DNA from: Escherichia phage W22
Length of the DNA stretch: 64,000 bases
Sequence record: PV159336
Reading direction: 5' to 3' (one strand)
Of this stretch, positions 33,148-42,021 are shown piece by piece. The translations under genes and the position numbers were made by a program. Each line of letters begins with the position of its first letter. Positions within the stretch are counted from its first letter, which is position 1. The notes under the pieces were generated by a model. The model did no database searches. It worked only from the letters and a program-made list of their open reading frames with translations, and was not told the origin of the DNA.

Positions 33148-34554
33148 ATGGCAACTTTTCGTGATAAGGTAGTTTCCGTAACCCTTACCTACGGTGCTAC
33201 TTCAATTAGTGAAACACAGTTTGATATCCCTCTAATTCTTACAGGGCATAATGTTACTGGCAATCTTGTAGATTATTTCACTTCTTCAGACGCACTTCTG
33301 CAAGCAGGTTTTGGCACTGCCGATCCAGCTTATAAAATGGCAAAACTACTATTTGACGGTCTGTTCGCACCAGAACAAGTTATCGTCGGTAAGCGTGATG
33401 TTTCTAAAACAACTCTAACTCCAGTAGTTGAATATAGTGCAACTTACGTTATCACTATTAAAGCAAATTCAAAAAGCAAGGACTTCAAGTTTGTTGCCGA
33501 TGATACTGCAACTGCTCAAGAGATTGTTGTTGGTTTAACAGAAATGATCAACGCAGACATGGTGTATAAAGAATTCTTCACTGTGTCAAACGATGGTAGT
33601 GTTATCACTGTAACCCCAGTTGCAGGTAAATACGCTACTATGGATAGTTCAGGATTCACAACTAAAGTAGAATATGCAAATGATATCTTAGAAGATATTG
33701 CTAAAATTGCAGATTATGAAAACAGTTGGTTCTGGTTACTATCTGATTCTCACGCAGAACAAGATATTATCGATCTAGCAGGTTATGTAGAAGAGCACGA
33801 TAAAGTGTATTTCTTCTCTACCTCGCAACCAGGTGTTCTAACTAAAGAAGAAGATAACATTCTAGAACGCTTAGGTGATATGGGCTACAATAACACTTGT
33901 ATGGCATTGTGGATGACTAACGCTGATACAGTGTTCCCAGAGGCTGCTGTAGTTGGTTCTATCTGCTCTGCAACACCAGGTACTACTACCCTGCATGGTA
34001 AAACCCTTGTTGGTATCGAGATTGAAAAACTTGGTCAGACAGCAGAAAACTTTATCGTTCAACAGAATGGTAATATTTACCGTAAAGAACACGGTGTTCT
34101 GTTCTACCGTGATGGTTTCATGGTTAGTGGTTTCTATGTTGACTATGTGGTACACGCTCTGTGGTTCAAAGCTCGTGTAGAAGAATCTCTGTTCGCTCTA
34201 TTTAAACAGCAATCTATGCTTGGTAGTGGTGTTAGAGCAACTTCTGCTGGTCTTGCTTTGATTCGTCAGGCTGTTACTGCAAACCCAATCCAAGTAGGTA
34301 TTAACAATGGTTCTATTGCCAATGAGGTAGTAACTTCAGAGGAAACAGGACTTCTGGTAAGCCTTAAACCTACTATCTATATCCCATCTCGTGCAGATAT
34401 GACTGATGCTCAAATCAATGCACGTTTGGTTGATGGTATGGTTATTGAATACGTATATGCTGGATTCTTCCACTATGTTAAAGTGCAGGTAAACGTTCTG
34501 ACGAACCGCACTGCAAATAGCCAGAATTCCAATAGCTCTACTGTATCTTCATAA
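33148..34554 (+). CDS. tail sheath protein
   Basis: 468 aa; precedes the tube gene, followed by a hairpin; biased codon usage. Confidence 0.45.
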   Translation: MATFRDKVVSVTLTYGATSISETQFDIPLILTGHNVTGNLVDYFTSSDALLQAGFGTADPAYKMAKLLFDGLFAPEQVIVGKRDVSKTTLTPVVEYSATYVITIKANSKSKDFKFVADDTATAQEIVVGLTEMINADMVYKEFFTVSNDGSVITVTPVAGKYATMDSSGFTTKVEYANDILEDIAKIADYENSWFWLLSDSHAEQDIIDLAGYVEEHDKVYFFSTSQPGVLTKEEDNILERLGDMGYNNTCMALWMTNADTVFPEAAVVGSICSATPGTTTLHGKTLVGIEIEKLGQTAENFIVQQNGNIYRKEHGVLFYRDGFMVSGFYVDYVVHALWFKARVEESLFALFKQQSMLGSGVRATSAGLALIRQAVTANPIQVGINNGSIANEVVTSEETGLLVSLKPTIYIPSRADMTDAQINARLVDGMVIEYVYAGFFHYVKVQVNVLTNRTANSQNSNSSTVSS

Positions 34555-34612
34555 TTAAAAGCAGCGGGGGAAACCCCGCTTATATGAAAAGTAGTATAAA
34601 AGGAGATCCACT

Positions 34613-35092
34613 TTGGATAAAATGCTTACTGGCGTAATGGCCTATGATCCTTCTCAAGTAATCCTGTCTTTGGGTGGTTGGGAACCTTGGGGTTTCGCCG
34701 CAGATACCAAAATTGTTATTAACAAAACTAACGATATCATCAACCCATATTCAGGTACTGATGGTGACGTTTCCTTGGCGCTTAGTCGTAACCGTTTAGG
34801 TACGCTAACAATGTCACTGCAACGTACTTCTCCAGCAAACGAAGTTCTTGCTGCTTATGCACAAACGATGTATTCTACTCGTCAAGTAGCATTTAGCGTA
34901 TATCTGGAAGACCCTCGCGGATATTATATCAGCACAATTGGTTGGATTCAAAGCCAACCGGACGATACTATTGGTGAAACTATTCAAGAAAACCAATGGG
35001 TAATTGGTCTTAAAGATGCAAGCCTACTTCGTTCTACTGTAGGTGTTGGTGTTAACGCACTTAACTCTATTAGTGCTCTAACTATTCAGTAA
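34613..35092 (+). CDS. tail tube protein
   Basis: 159 aa directly after the sheath gene and before the chaperone/tape measure; terminator follows. Confidence 0.45.
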   Translation: MDKMLTGVMAYDPSQVILSLGGWEPWGFAADTKIVINKTNDIINPYSGTDGDVSLALSRNRLGTLTMSLQRTSPANEVLAAYAQTMYSTRQVAFSVYLEDPRGYYISTIGWIQSQPDDTIGETIQENQWVIGLKDASLLRSTVGVGVNALNSISALTIQ

Positions 35093-35093
35093 T

Positions 35094-35121
35094 AAAAAGG
35101 GCAGAAATGCCCTTTATTTTT
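35094..35121 (+). terminator. rho-independent terminator
   Basis: AAAAAGGGCAGAAATGCCCTTTATTTTT. Confidence 0.55.
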
Positions 35122-35135
35122 AAAGAGAGGAAATA

Positions 35136-35618
35136 ATGGAACAACAAAAAGATAATACTATTGCAAAATTTGCTCGTCCAGAAGTAATGGTTGAAATTGA
35201 TCTGGATGAAGGACGCAGTGTAAAATTTAGAGTTCTCAAGTGGAGTCCAACTAAAGTTTTTGAAAGGATTCCAGAACTAGGTAGTGTACTGGCTGTTCCT
35301 ATGACAATGTATAATACTGCTCTTATGTCAGCAGACGAAGATCTAGAAGCTCGTATTGCTATGGCACTGATCCAATTATTCAGTGGTCTGGAAGAAAAAA
35401 ACTTAGCCGCATTCTTACGTAAAATTTTAGATGAAGTTTACACAGAAGCAGGACACAGTGTTTCCGATAATTTTGATGAATTGTTTTTTGCTCACCCAGA
35501 ATTAGTTGTTGACTTAGCTGCAAAAGTTCTTGAGGTGAACTATGCCCCTTTTTTCAAACGAGGTTTCGGAAAACTGTTGACCCAATTTCAAGGAATAGAG
35601 ACTCTAGCGAAGAGTTAA
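35136..35618 (+). CDS. tail assembly chaperone (zero-frame product)
   Basis: 160 aa; position directly upstream of the tape measure gene. Confidence 0.5.
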   Translation: MEQQKDNTIAKFARPEVMVEIDLDEGRSVKFRVLKWSPTKVFERIPELGSVLAVPMTMYNTALMSADEDLEARIAMALIQLFSGLEEKNLAAFLRKILDEVYTEAGHSVSDNFDELFFAHPELVVDLAAKVLEVNYAPFFKRGFGKLLTQFQGIETLAKS

Positions 35619-35893
35619 GTCCGGCAATTAAATCAGCAATTGAAATTGCCTCACAAACCCTTAGCTTGACATGGTATGAAGTAATTCTTTGTAAGGTAAT
35701 TAAGAATACCTCCGAAACCTTGTCCTCGTTAGATAATTATGGTGTAGATTATCTACTTAAAATTTATGAATATTTAACATTTGAAGACTATGTACAAGAT
35801 CTTCACGTTAAAGATGCGGATATTAAACGTGGTCAACAGAGAACAATAAGAGAACTGGATACGGCTATGAAAAAATTAATTCCAGATTCATAA
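35136..35893 (+). CDS. tail assembly chaperone, predicted -1 frameshift fusion product
   Basis: Slippery heptamer T_TTT_TTC at 35549-35555; the -1 frame is open from 35534 to 35893 and contains the 75-aa ORF 35666..35893. Confidence 0.4.
35549..35555 (+). other. candidate -1 programmed ribosomal frameshift slippery site (TTTTTTC)
   Basis: X_XXY_YYZ heptamer in the chaperone reading frame, 61 nt before its stop. Confidence 0.4.
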
Positions 35894-35912
35894 GTAATAC
35901 GGAGGATTACCC

Positions 35913-37892
35913 TTGTTAGAAATTAACACTTCCAAGATTAAGAATACAGTAACGTTTACTGTAGATAAAGACAGTTTAAAAAATACTAAAGACGCAATTA
36001 AAAACCTTAAAACTTTTACAGAATCTATTGAACCATCTTTAAATATGACTAAAATGCGTCGTCAATTTAAAAGTATGGAAGAGTATGCTAAAAGAATAAG
36101 GCAGCAAATGTCAGGTCTTGGCGGCGGTAATCCTCCACCAATCCCACCAACCGGAGGTTCAAGAGGTGGTGGAAAAGGAGGAAGTGGTAGAGGTGGTTCT
36201 GGATCTTCTGGAGGACGTAAAACACCAGAGGAAAGAGCCGCAGAAGCCGCCGCTAAACGTGCAGCACTTGCTAATATGAAGCAAGACGATTTTAGTTTTA
36301 AAGCTATGCCTTTTACAAAAGCAGACAGCAGAATTCTAGAAAAATCTAAAAAGATTGTAGAAGAAACTGTTGAACTTTATCGTAAAGGTGTAATCACTAG
36401 CCAACAAATGAATAATACTTTGGCTAGACAGTTAGAAGAACTACGAAGATCTCATAGAGAGAAGAATGCACAACTTCTTGATGAAGAGAGAGCTAGACGT
36501 AGAATTGCCCGTCTGCAAGAAGCAGAAGATAAAAGAAGACAGCGTATCCGAGAAAGAGAAAGAAAGGATTTCGAACGTCAGCAAAGAAGAGAGAAAGAAG
36601 CAAGACAACGAGATAGACAACGTAAGCTATCTGGTGTAGGTAATGCTGCTATTGCTCTTAACCCTGCTATGTTTGGTGCTGCTCTTTTAGGTGCTGGTTT
36701 ATATCAAGGTATAAGCAAAATAGCTGAAAATATTACAGCGGCGGCAGAACGTATTAATATGGTTAGTAAAGGTGGTCAGAACGTACAGGTAAACCCTAAC
36801 GCAATTTTAACAATGCGTACTTGGGGTGAAATGAACGGTGTAGACTCTGCCAGCATTATTAAAGCCATTGACAATATTAAAGACGTTCGTGAACGTTTAG
36901 GTAATACTGTACTCCACTCTGAATTTGATGAAAAATCAGGTAAATGGAAAGGTGGAGACAGTGGTATTAATGAAATCATGAACCAATTTGGTTGGTCGAA
37001 AGAAGATGTTGCTAAATTCCAGAACAGACCTCTAGACTTTGTTCAAGCACTTGTTAATGAAGGTCAAAAAAGAGGAATGAACTCCGCGCAAATTGGTCGT
37101 TTGATGGAAAACCTTGGTGATGACTTAATGCACTACCAACGTATGTTTTTGGATAACGGTAAAGAGTATATGAAAGTCTTGGATATGTTAAAAAATTCAG
37201 GAGCAACTCTTAACGATGAAAACATCAAAGCAGCACAAGATTTTGTTAAACTAAGAGCAGAAATTAGTGCAGCAGGAGAAGGTTTTACCAATAACTTACT
37301 TGTAGGTTTTATGGATGGTTTAAAATCTGCACCAGATTTTGCAGAAAATATGAAAACTTTCCAAGAAGCTGCTCGTGGTCTTGGTGAAATGTCTGGTAGT
37401 ATTGTAAGTAGCCTTGCAAAAATTGCAAAATATTTCCTTGATTTTTCCAATAAGGTTGGGCCAAAAAACAATACTAAAGAAGCTGTAAGAGATTATTATA
37501 ATGGTACGCAGTATGGGTACGATGCACAGGTTGGTGGTAATCCTTGGGCTTATTGGCCTATTGGAAGAGATCAACATAAACCTGAAAATCAACCTTTAGG
37601 TGACTTTGATAGTAGTTTCTTAACTAGCGCCTTAAATCCAAGTGCTTCTAGTATTGGTTACAACAGACCTGATTTAACAGCATCTATGCTAACACCACGC
37701 CAAGGTGTTCCAGTACCGTTAAGTCTAGAGAATACGGTTGTTATCCCAGACAACGCATTCCAGATTAATGTTATTCCAGATGGTTATGGTTTTAGTAATT
37801 ATCTAGATGCGACAATGAATACCAGTTTTAGTAACTTCTCACAAGGTTTAACTCTTCAGTTAAGCAGTGGACAATCTTCTACTGGTGGTTAA
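35913..37892 (+). CDS. tail tape measure protein
   Basis: 659 aa; Gly-rich low-complexity stretch, Arg/Glu-rich coiled-coil region; TTG start after GGAGG. Confidence 0.55.
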   Translation: MLEINTSKIKNTVTFTVDKDSLKNTKDAIKNLKTFTESIEPSLNMTKMRRQFKSMEEYAKRIRQQMSGLGGGNPPPIPPTGGSRGGGKGGSGRGGSGSSGGRKTPEERAAEAAAKRAALANMKQDDFSFKAMPFTKADSRILEKSKKIVEETVELYRKGVITSQQMNNTLARQLEELRRSHREKNAQLLDEERARRRIARLQEAEDKRRQRIRERERKDFERQQRREKEARQRDRQRKLSGVGNAAIALNPAMFGAALLGAGLYQGISKIAENITAAAERINMVSKGGQNVQVNPNAILTMRTWGEMNGVDSASIIKAIDNIKDVRERLGNTVLHSEFDEKSGKWKGGDSGINEIMNQFGWSKEDVAKFQNRPLDFVQALVNEGQKRGMNSAQIGRLMENLGDDLMHYQRMFLDNGKEYMKVLDMLKNSGATLNDENIKAAQDFVKLRAEISAAGEGFTNNLLVGFMDGLKSAPDFAENMKTFQEAARGLGEMSGSIVSSLAKIAKYFLDFSNKVGPKNNTKEAVRDYYNGTQYGYDAQVGGNPWAYWPIGRDQHKPENQPLGDFDSSFLTSALNPSASSIGYNRPDLTASMLTPRQGVPVPLSLENTVVIPDNAFQINVIPDGYGFSNYLDATMNTSFSNFSQGLTLQLSSGQSSTGG

Positions 37893-37897
37893 TGCAT

Positions 37898-37928
37898 AAA
37901 GCCTCGCTTCGGCGGGGCTTTTTATTTG
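37898..37928 (+). terminator. rho-independent terminator
   Basis: AAAGCCTCGC-TTCG-GCGGGGCTTTTTATTT. Confidence 0.6.
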
Positions 37929-37930
37929 TC

Positions 37931-37959
37931 TTGACAAAGAGTTGTTTTTCGTGATAAAA
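37931..37959 (+). promoter_or_regulatory. sigma70-like promoter (TTGACA, 17 nt, TGa-TAAAAT)
   Basis: Near-consensus promoter right after the terminator. Confidence 0.5.
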
Positions 37960-38007
37960 TGAGTGATAAGGGAGAATGTTTCTTATCACATTAAGAGGTA
38001 AAATTAT

Positions 38008-38718
38008 ATGGCAGCAAACACTCCAGAACAACACGTTCAAGCGGTTTATAAAGCGGAACAAGATATAAATTCTACAAAAAACACAAATAACTCTGCCTCT
38101 ACTGTGAAAGGGGAGAATGGTTTTTGTATTTTAGCAAGTGTTTACAATAGTGCAAGTGATCAATATATTCAAAACTACCAGGCTATAGTTTTTGATGCTG
38201 TGCCAAATATCGGTGTAAAACGCCAAGCAGATGTTACTAGCTATCCTGTAGAAAATGGTGCTAATGTATCGGATCACGTTCAAGTTAAAAATAATACTTT
38301 CTCTTTATCAGGAATGATTACAGAGACACCTGTAAGATTGATGCGAGATATGCTATATAGTGCTGGTGTTAACGGTACTCGTATCAGTCAAGCAATTACT
38401 TATTTAGATAAAATATTTGATGAAAGACAGCCTATCATTTTAATAACAGAACATAAGGTGTATGAGAATGTTATTTTGAAAGGCATATCATATGAATATC
38501 AAACAGAATATGCAATGCAATTTGACTTGGAATTTGAACAAGTAAGATTAGTTTCCTACGGGGAAACAAATGCTATTGCACTTAAGACAAAACCAAATAA
38601 GAATACAGGTGTTAAAAACAAGAAAGGTACTAGTCCAGATGCTGATTTGGATGCAAGAACAGGGAAAGCAACTGGTACAGAACATCTTAGTGATCACAGT
38701 GCAGATGGTAAAAAATAA
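38008..38718 (+). CDS. baseplate / tail structural protein
   Basis: ORF track 236 aa; position after the tape measure. Confidence 0.4.
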   Translation: MAANTPEQHVQAVYKAEQDINSTKNTNNSASTVKGENGFCILASVYNSASDQYIQNYQAIVFDAVPNIGVKRQADVTSYPVENGANVSDHVQVKNNTFSLSGMITETPVRLMRDMLYSAGVNGTRISQAITYLDKIFDERQPIILITEHKVYENVILKGISYEYQTEYAMQFDLEFEQVRLVSYGETNAIALKTKPNKNTGVKNKKGTSPDADLDARTGKATGTEHLSDHSADGKK

Positions 38719-38729
38719 GGAGAAAATTT

Positions 38730-39149
38730 TTGGCTATTTCATCTTATTCAAAGATCAGTAGAAGCACATCTAATAGTGGCTACAATGCAGTATTTATTGA
38801 TCGAAATTTAGGTTATTATTCTTGGTACTTACCTACAGAACAGTACCCAGACCAAACATATACGGTAACTCTCGATGGAGTAGATTATGATATACGTTTG
38901 AGATGGAATACAAGAGATCAAGCGTGGCAAATGCAATTAGGATTATCAGGAGACAATCCTAGTGTAACTTTTAAAGTAACTAATGGTTTAGATCTTCTAG
39001 AACCATATAAGTATATAGAATCTGTACCGGATGGTCAACTCTATTTGGTAGATACTGTTAAAATAAACGGTAGACCTAATTACTATGACACAGGTGTAGA
39101 TAAAAGATTTGCTTTGGTTTATATCGACGCTCTTCCATATCAAGCATGA
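38730..39149 (+). CDS. baseplate / tail structural protein
   Basis: ORF track 139 aa (TTG start). Confidence 0.35.
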   Translation: MAISSYSKISRSTSNSGYNAVFIDRNLGYYSWYLPTEQYPDQTYTVTLDGVDYDIRLRWNTRDQAWQMQLGLSGDNPSVTFKVTNGLDLLEPYKYIESVPDGQLYLVDTVKINGRPNYYDTGVDKRFALVYIDALPYQA

Positions 39150-39165
39150 TAAAAGGAGTTTTTAA

Positions 39166-40176
39166 ATGGCAGAAGAAAGAAATTACACAAAAGCTCCTGC
39201 ACCAAATCTAAACAGAGCATACAAACTGTTAATAGGTACAGCTACTAATACTAAAGAAAAAAGGACAAAAAATTCCTCTTTCAAATCTACAGTAGACTTA
39301 GATACTAAACTAGGGGATGCTAAAAAATCAACCCCTAATTTGTATGTTATTACGGAGCACCAAATATCTTTCACAATAAGAAAAGATAATAATAAAGATC
39401 CTAATCAAGCCGAGATAACTATTTATAACCTAAGTGATGATACTGTTAATTATATTAACAAAGGTATTCGTAACAACTTGGCTGTTGCTTTGGCAGTAGG
39501 TTATGAAGGTCAAGAGTTAATTATGATCTTTAAGGGAACGGTGCAGTGGGTGAGTGATACCTTTAACAATACAGACAGACGTACAGTGTTACATTGTCTG
39601 GATGGTGGTATTAACATCTCCGAAGCAAGGACAAGCAGAAGTTATCCGAAAGGTACAAAAGTAAGTAAGGTTGTTAAAGATTTAGTTAAAGATTTAGGTA
39701 CTACAGAAGGTAATATTCACGTAGATACAGAGAAAACTTTATCATCTGCAACAGCTATGTGTGGGAACACATCACATTACTTAGAAAGTATCTGTAAAGG
39801 TATTGATCATAATGTGTCAATACAAGACGGATCTGTTTACGTGACACCAAGATCACAAATGTCTAGTGCAAGATGTGCATATATTAGCGCAGAAACAGGT
39901 TTAATTGGTAGTCCAGAACCTTTCCACAATGATATTAAACCGACACAAAAAGTAACCAAATCTTCTAAGAAAGCTAAAAAGCCTACAGATGGTGTTAAGT
40001 TCAGATGTGAGATGAACGGTGCTATTTTACCAGAAAAAACTGTTTGGCTCAAGAGCCATAACTACGATGGTGGTTTTAAGGTGGTGTCTGTTGTTCATAC
40101 AGGCGATAGGGAAGGTAAAGACTGGACAACTGAAGTAGAGTCTGTATCTGTATCTGCAATTATTAAGAAGGGCTAG
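39166..40176 (+). CDS. baseplate / tail structural protein (possibly late-control gpD-like)
   Basis: ORF track 336 aa; position. Confidence 0.4.
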   Translation: MAEERNYTKAPAPNLNRAYKLLIGTATNTKEKRTKNSSFKSTVDLDTKLGDAKKSTPNLYVITEHQISFTIRKDNNKDPNQAEITIYNLSDDTVNYINKGIRNNLAVALAVGYEGQELIMIFKGTVQWVSDTFNNTDRRTVLHCLDGGINISEARTSRSYPKGTKVSKVVKDLVKDLGTTEGNIHVDTEKTLSSATAMCGNTSHYLESICKGIDHNVSIQDGSVYVTPRSQMSSARCAYISAETGLIGSPEPFHNDIKPTQKVTKSSKKAKKPTDGVKFRCEMNGAILPEKTVWLKSHNYDGGFKVVSVVHTGDREGKDWTTEVESVSVSAIIKKG

Positions 40177-40178
40177 AA

Positions 40179-40916
40179 ATGGATGCTTTAAATTTTGTAA
40201 CAGCAATCCGTGGATTAATCAACGAGCAAGTTGCGGAAGTACATACATCTTTACCTGTAAGGGTAATTGGTGTAGATTATGGATCTAAGACAGTAACTTT
40301 AGAATCTATCGTAAAGAATACCAGATCTACTGAAGATGAAATAGATTACCCAACATTCCACGATGTTCCTTTTATGGTAAATGGTGGTGGTACAGGTAGA
40401 ATTTCATTTCCAATTAAAGCAGGAGATATTGGTGTTGTTGTCTTTTCAGAAAGAGATCCGTCGAATGCTTTCCAGACAGACGGAGATACAGCCAGTAGCG
40501 GAACATTAATTCAACCTTGTGGTTTGTATCCAGCCTGTTTTATTCCTAAGATAGCAACAGCTACGGATTCTTCTGAAGAAGTAGATTCTGAAAAAGTTGT
40601 TATCTCAAATAATAAGCAAACTTACGCTTCGTTTGATCCTAACGGTAATATATCTGTGTACAACACACAAGGTATGAAAATAGATATGACACCAGACAGT
40701 ATCGTTCTTACTGATGCAGGAGGAGGAAAACTTACACTGCAAGGTGGGACTATGACATATAAAGGTGGTACTGTAAATTTAAACGGTTTAACAATCACAC
40801 CTGACGGTCGTATGAAAGATAGTGGTGGCATTGGTTTACACACACATACACACCCTGTACGCGGTGTTGAAACTGGTGGTAGCACTGTTACTTCCGACAA
40901 ACCAAATGGAGGTTAA
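40179..40916 (+). CDS. baseplate central spike protein (gpV-like)
   Basis: 245 aa; size and position; Gly-rich C-terminus (TGGSTVTSDKPNGG). Confidence 0.4.
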   Translation: MDALNFVTAIRGLINEQVAEVHTSLPVRVIGVDYGSKTVTLESIVKNTRSTEDEIDYPTFHDVPFMVNGGGTGRISFPIKAGDIGVVVFSERDPSNAFQTDGDTASSGTLIQPCGLYPACFIPKIATATDSSEEVDSEKVVISNNKQTYASFDPNGNISVYNTQGMKIDMTPDSIVLTDAGGGKLTLQGGTMTYKGGTVNLNGLTITPDGRMKDSGGIGLHTHTHPVRGVETGGSTVTSDKPNGG

Positions 40917-40919
40917 CAG

Positions 40920-41555
40920 ATGGGAATACCATTTGATTTAAAACTTGATGGTTCTAACGATTTAGTAATGGTGGATGGTGATTTAACACTAACCACAACT
41001 AAAAGTGAAATTGCAGCACAGACGCTTGGAATAACACTTAGAACTTTCCGTGGAGAATGGTTCCTCAATTCTAATTTTGGGGTTCCATATCTGCAAGAGA
41101 TTATTGGTGTTGCCAAGAAGAAAGAGATTGTTGATCGCATTTTCTTATCAACTATCGCAAGTAATGTTTATATAGATAATATTAATTCCTACACATCCTC
41201 TTATGATAGAGATGATAGGTATTACTCAATGAACGTTACTGTTACAGTTGGTGAACAAGTTGTTAGTGCGCTGTTCAGTACACAGCCGTCTGAAGAATAT
41301 ATCTATCCAGAAGCTGGTGATGATAATGCAGCAATCACTTGTGAAGCATTTGAAATTGTTGAATCTGCAAATAGACTCTATCGCTTTATTAACATTGTTG
41401 GTCTTCCTAGAAATACTTATTCTACTTGGTGGAATGAGTGGTCTAACGAGGCATTGATTGAAAAATACCTTGTTAACGAAGCCAATAAAGGTCTTGCAAC
41501 CAATTACAACTATGCTATAACAGCAACAATGGGAGCTACAAACAATAATGGCTGA
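40920..41555 (+). CDS. baseplate wedge protein (gpW/gp25-like)
   Basis: 211 aa; position immediately after the spike gene. Confidence 0.35.
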   Translation: MGIPFDLKLDGSNDLVMVDGDLTLTTTKSEIAAQTLGITLRTFRGEWFLNSNFGVPYLQEIIGVAKKKEIVDRIFLSTIASNVYIDNINSYTSSYDRDDRYYSMNVTVTVGEQVVSALFSTQPSEEYIYPEAGDDNAAITCEAFEIVESANRLYRFINIVGLPRNTYSTWWNEWSNEALIEKYLVNEANKGLATNYNYAITATMGATNNNG

Positions 41556-42021
41556 TTTAACTACAATCAAGGTGTCTGATCTACCTGTAACAACATCTGT
41601 TTCAGACACAGATTATTTTGTAACAGATCAATCGGGCATCACTAAGAAAACATCATTACGTGTTCTTCTTGCGGGTGCTGGTGTTACACGAAATCGTCTT
41701 TCTGCAAGGGGTACTGTTACAAACACCCTAGCTTTAGATATTAGTACGGCAGAGTATTTCTCTGCCACTTTATCTAGTCCAACTTGCAGTATTTCATTTA
41801 GTAATGTTCCAGTTACAACTAACATTGTTCAAAACTTTACTCTATCCCTACGTCAAGGAAGTGGAGCAAATAAAGTAACGTGGCCTCAATCTGTTAAATG
41901 GAGTTTTGGTCGCGCTCCTGTTTTGAGTTATAAACAGGGAGCTACAGATATTTTTGAATTTGTTAGTTATGATAATGGAGCTACCTGGATAGGTAGTTTA
42001 GTGATGGCAGGAGTGATTTAA
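41548..42021 (+). CDS. tail protein with fibre-type N-terminal anchor motif
   Basis: 157 aa; N-terminus IKVSDLPVTTSVSDTDYFVTDQSGITKKTS resembles that of ORF 47074. Confidence 0.4.
   Translation: MADLTTIKVSDLPVTTSVSDTDYFVTDQSGITKKTSLRVLLAGAGVTRNRLSARGTVTNTLALDISTAEYFSATLSSPTCSISFSNVPVTTNIVQNFTLSLRQGSGANKVTWPQSVKWSFGRAPVLSYKQGATDIFEFVSYDNGATWIGSLVMAGVI

Noticed and set aside
35666-35893. Independent 75-aa gene between chaperone and tape measure
   Set aside because: Reinterpreted as the C-terminal extension of the -1 frameshifted chaperone; no convincing RBS before its TTG
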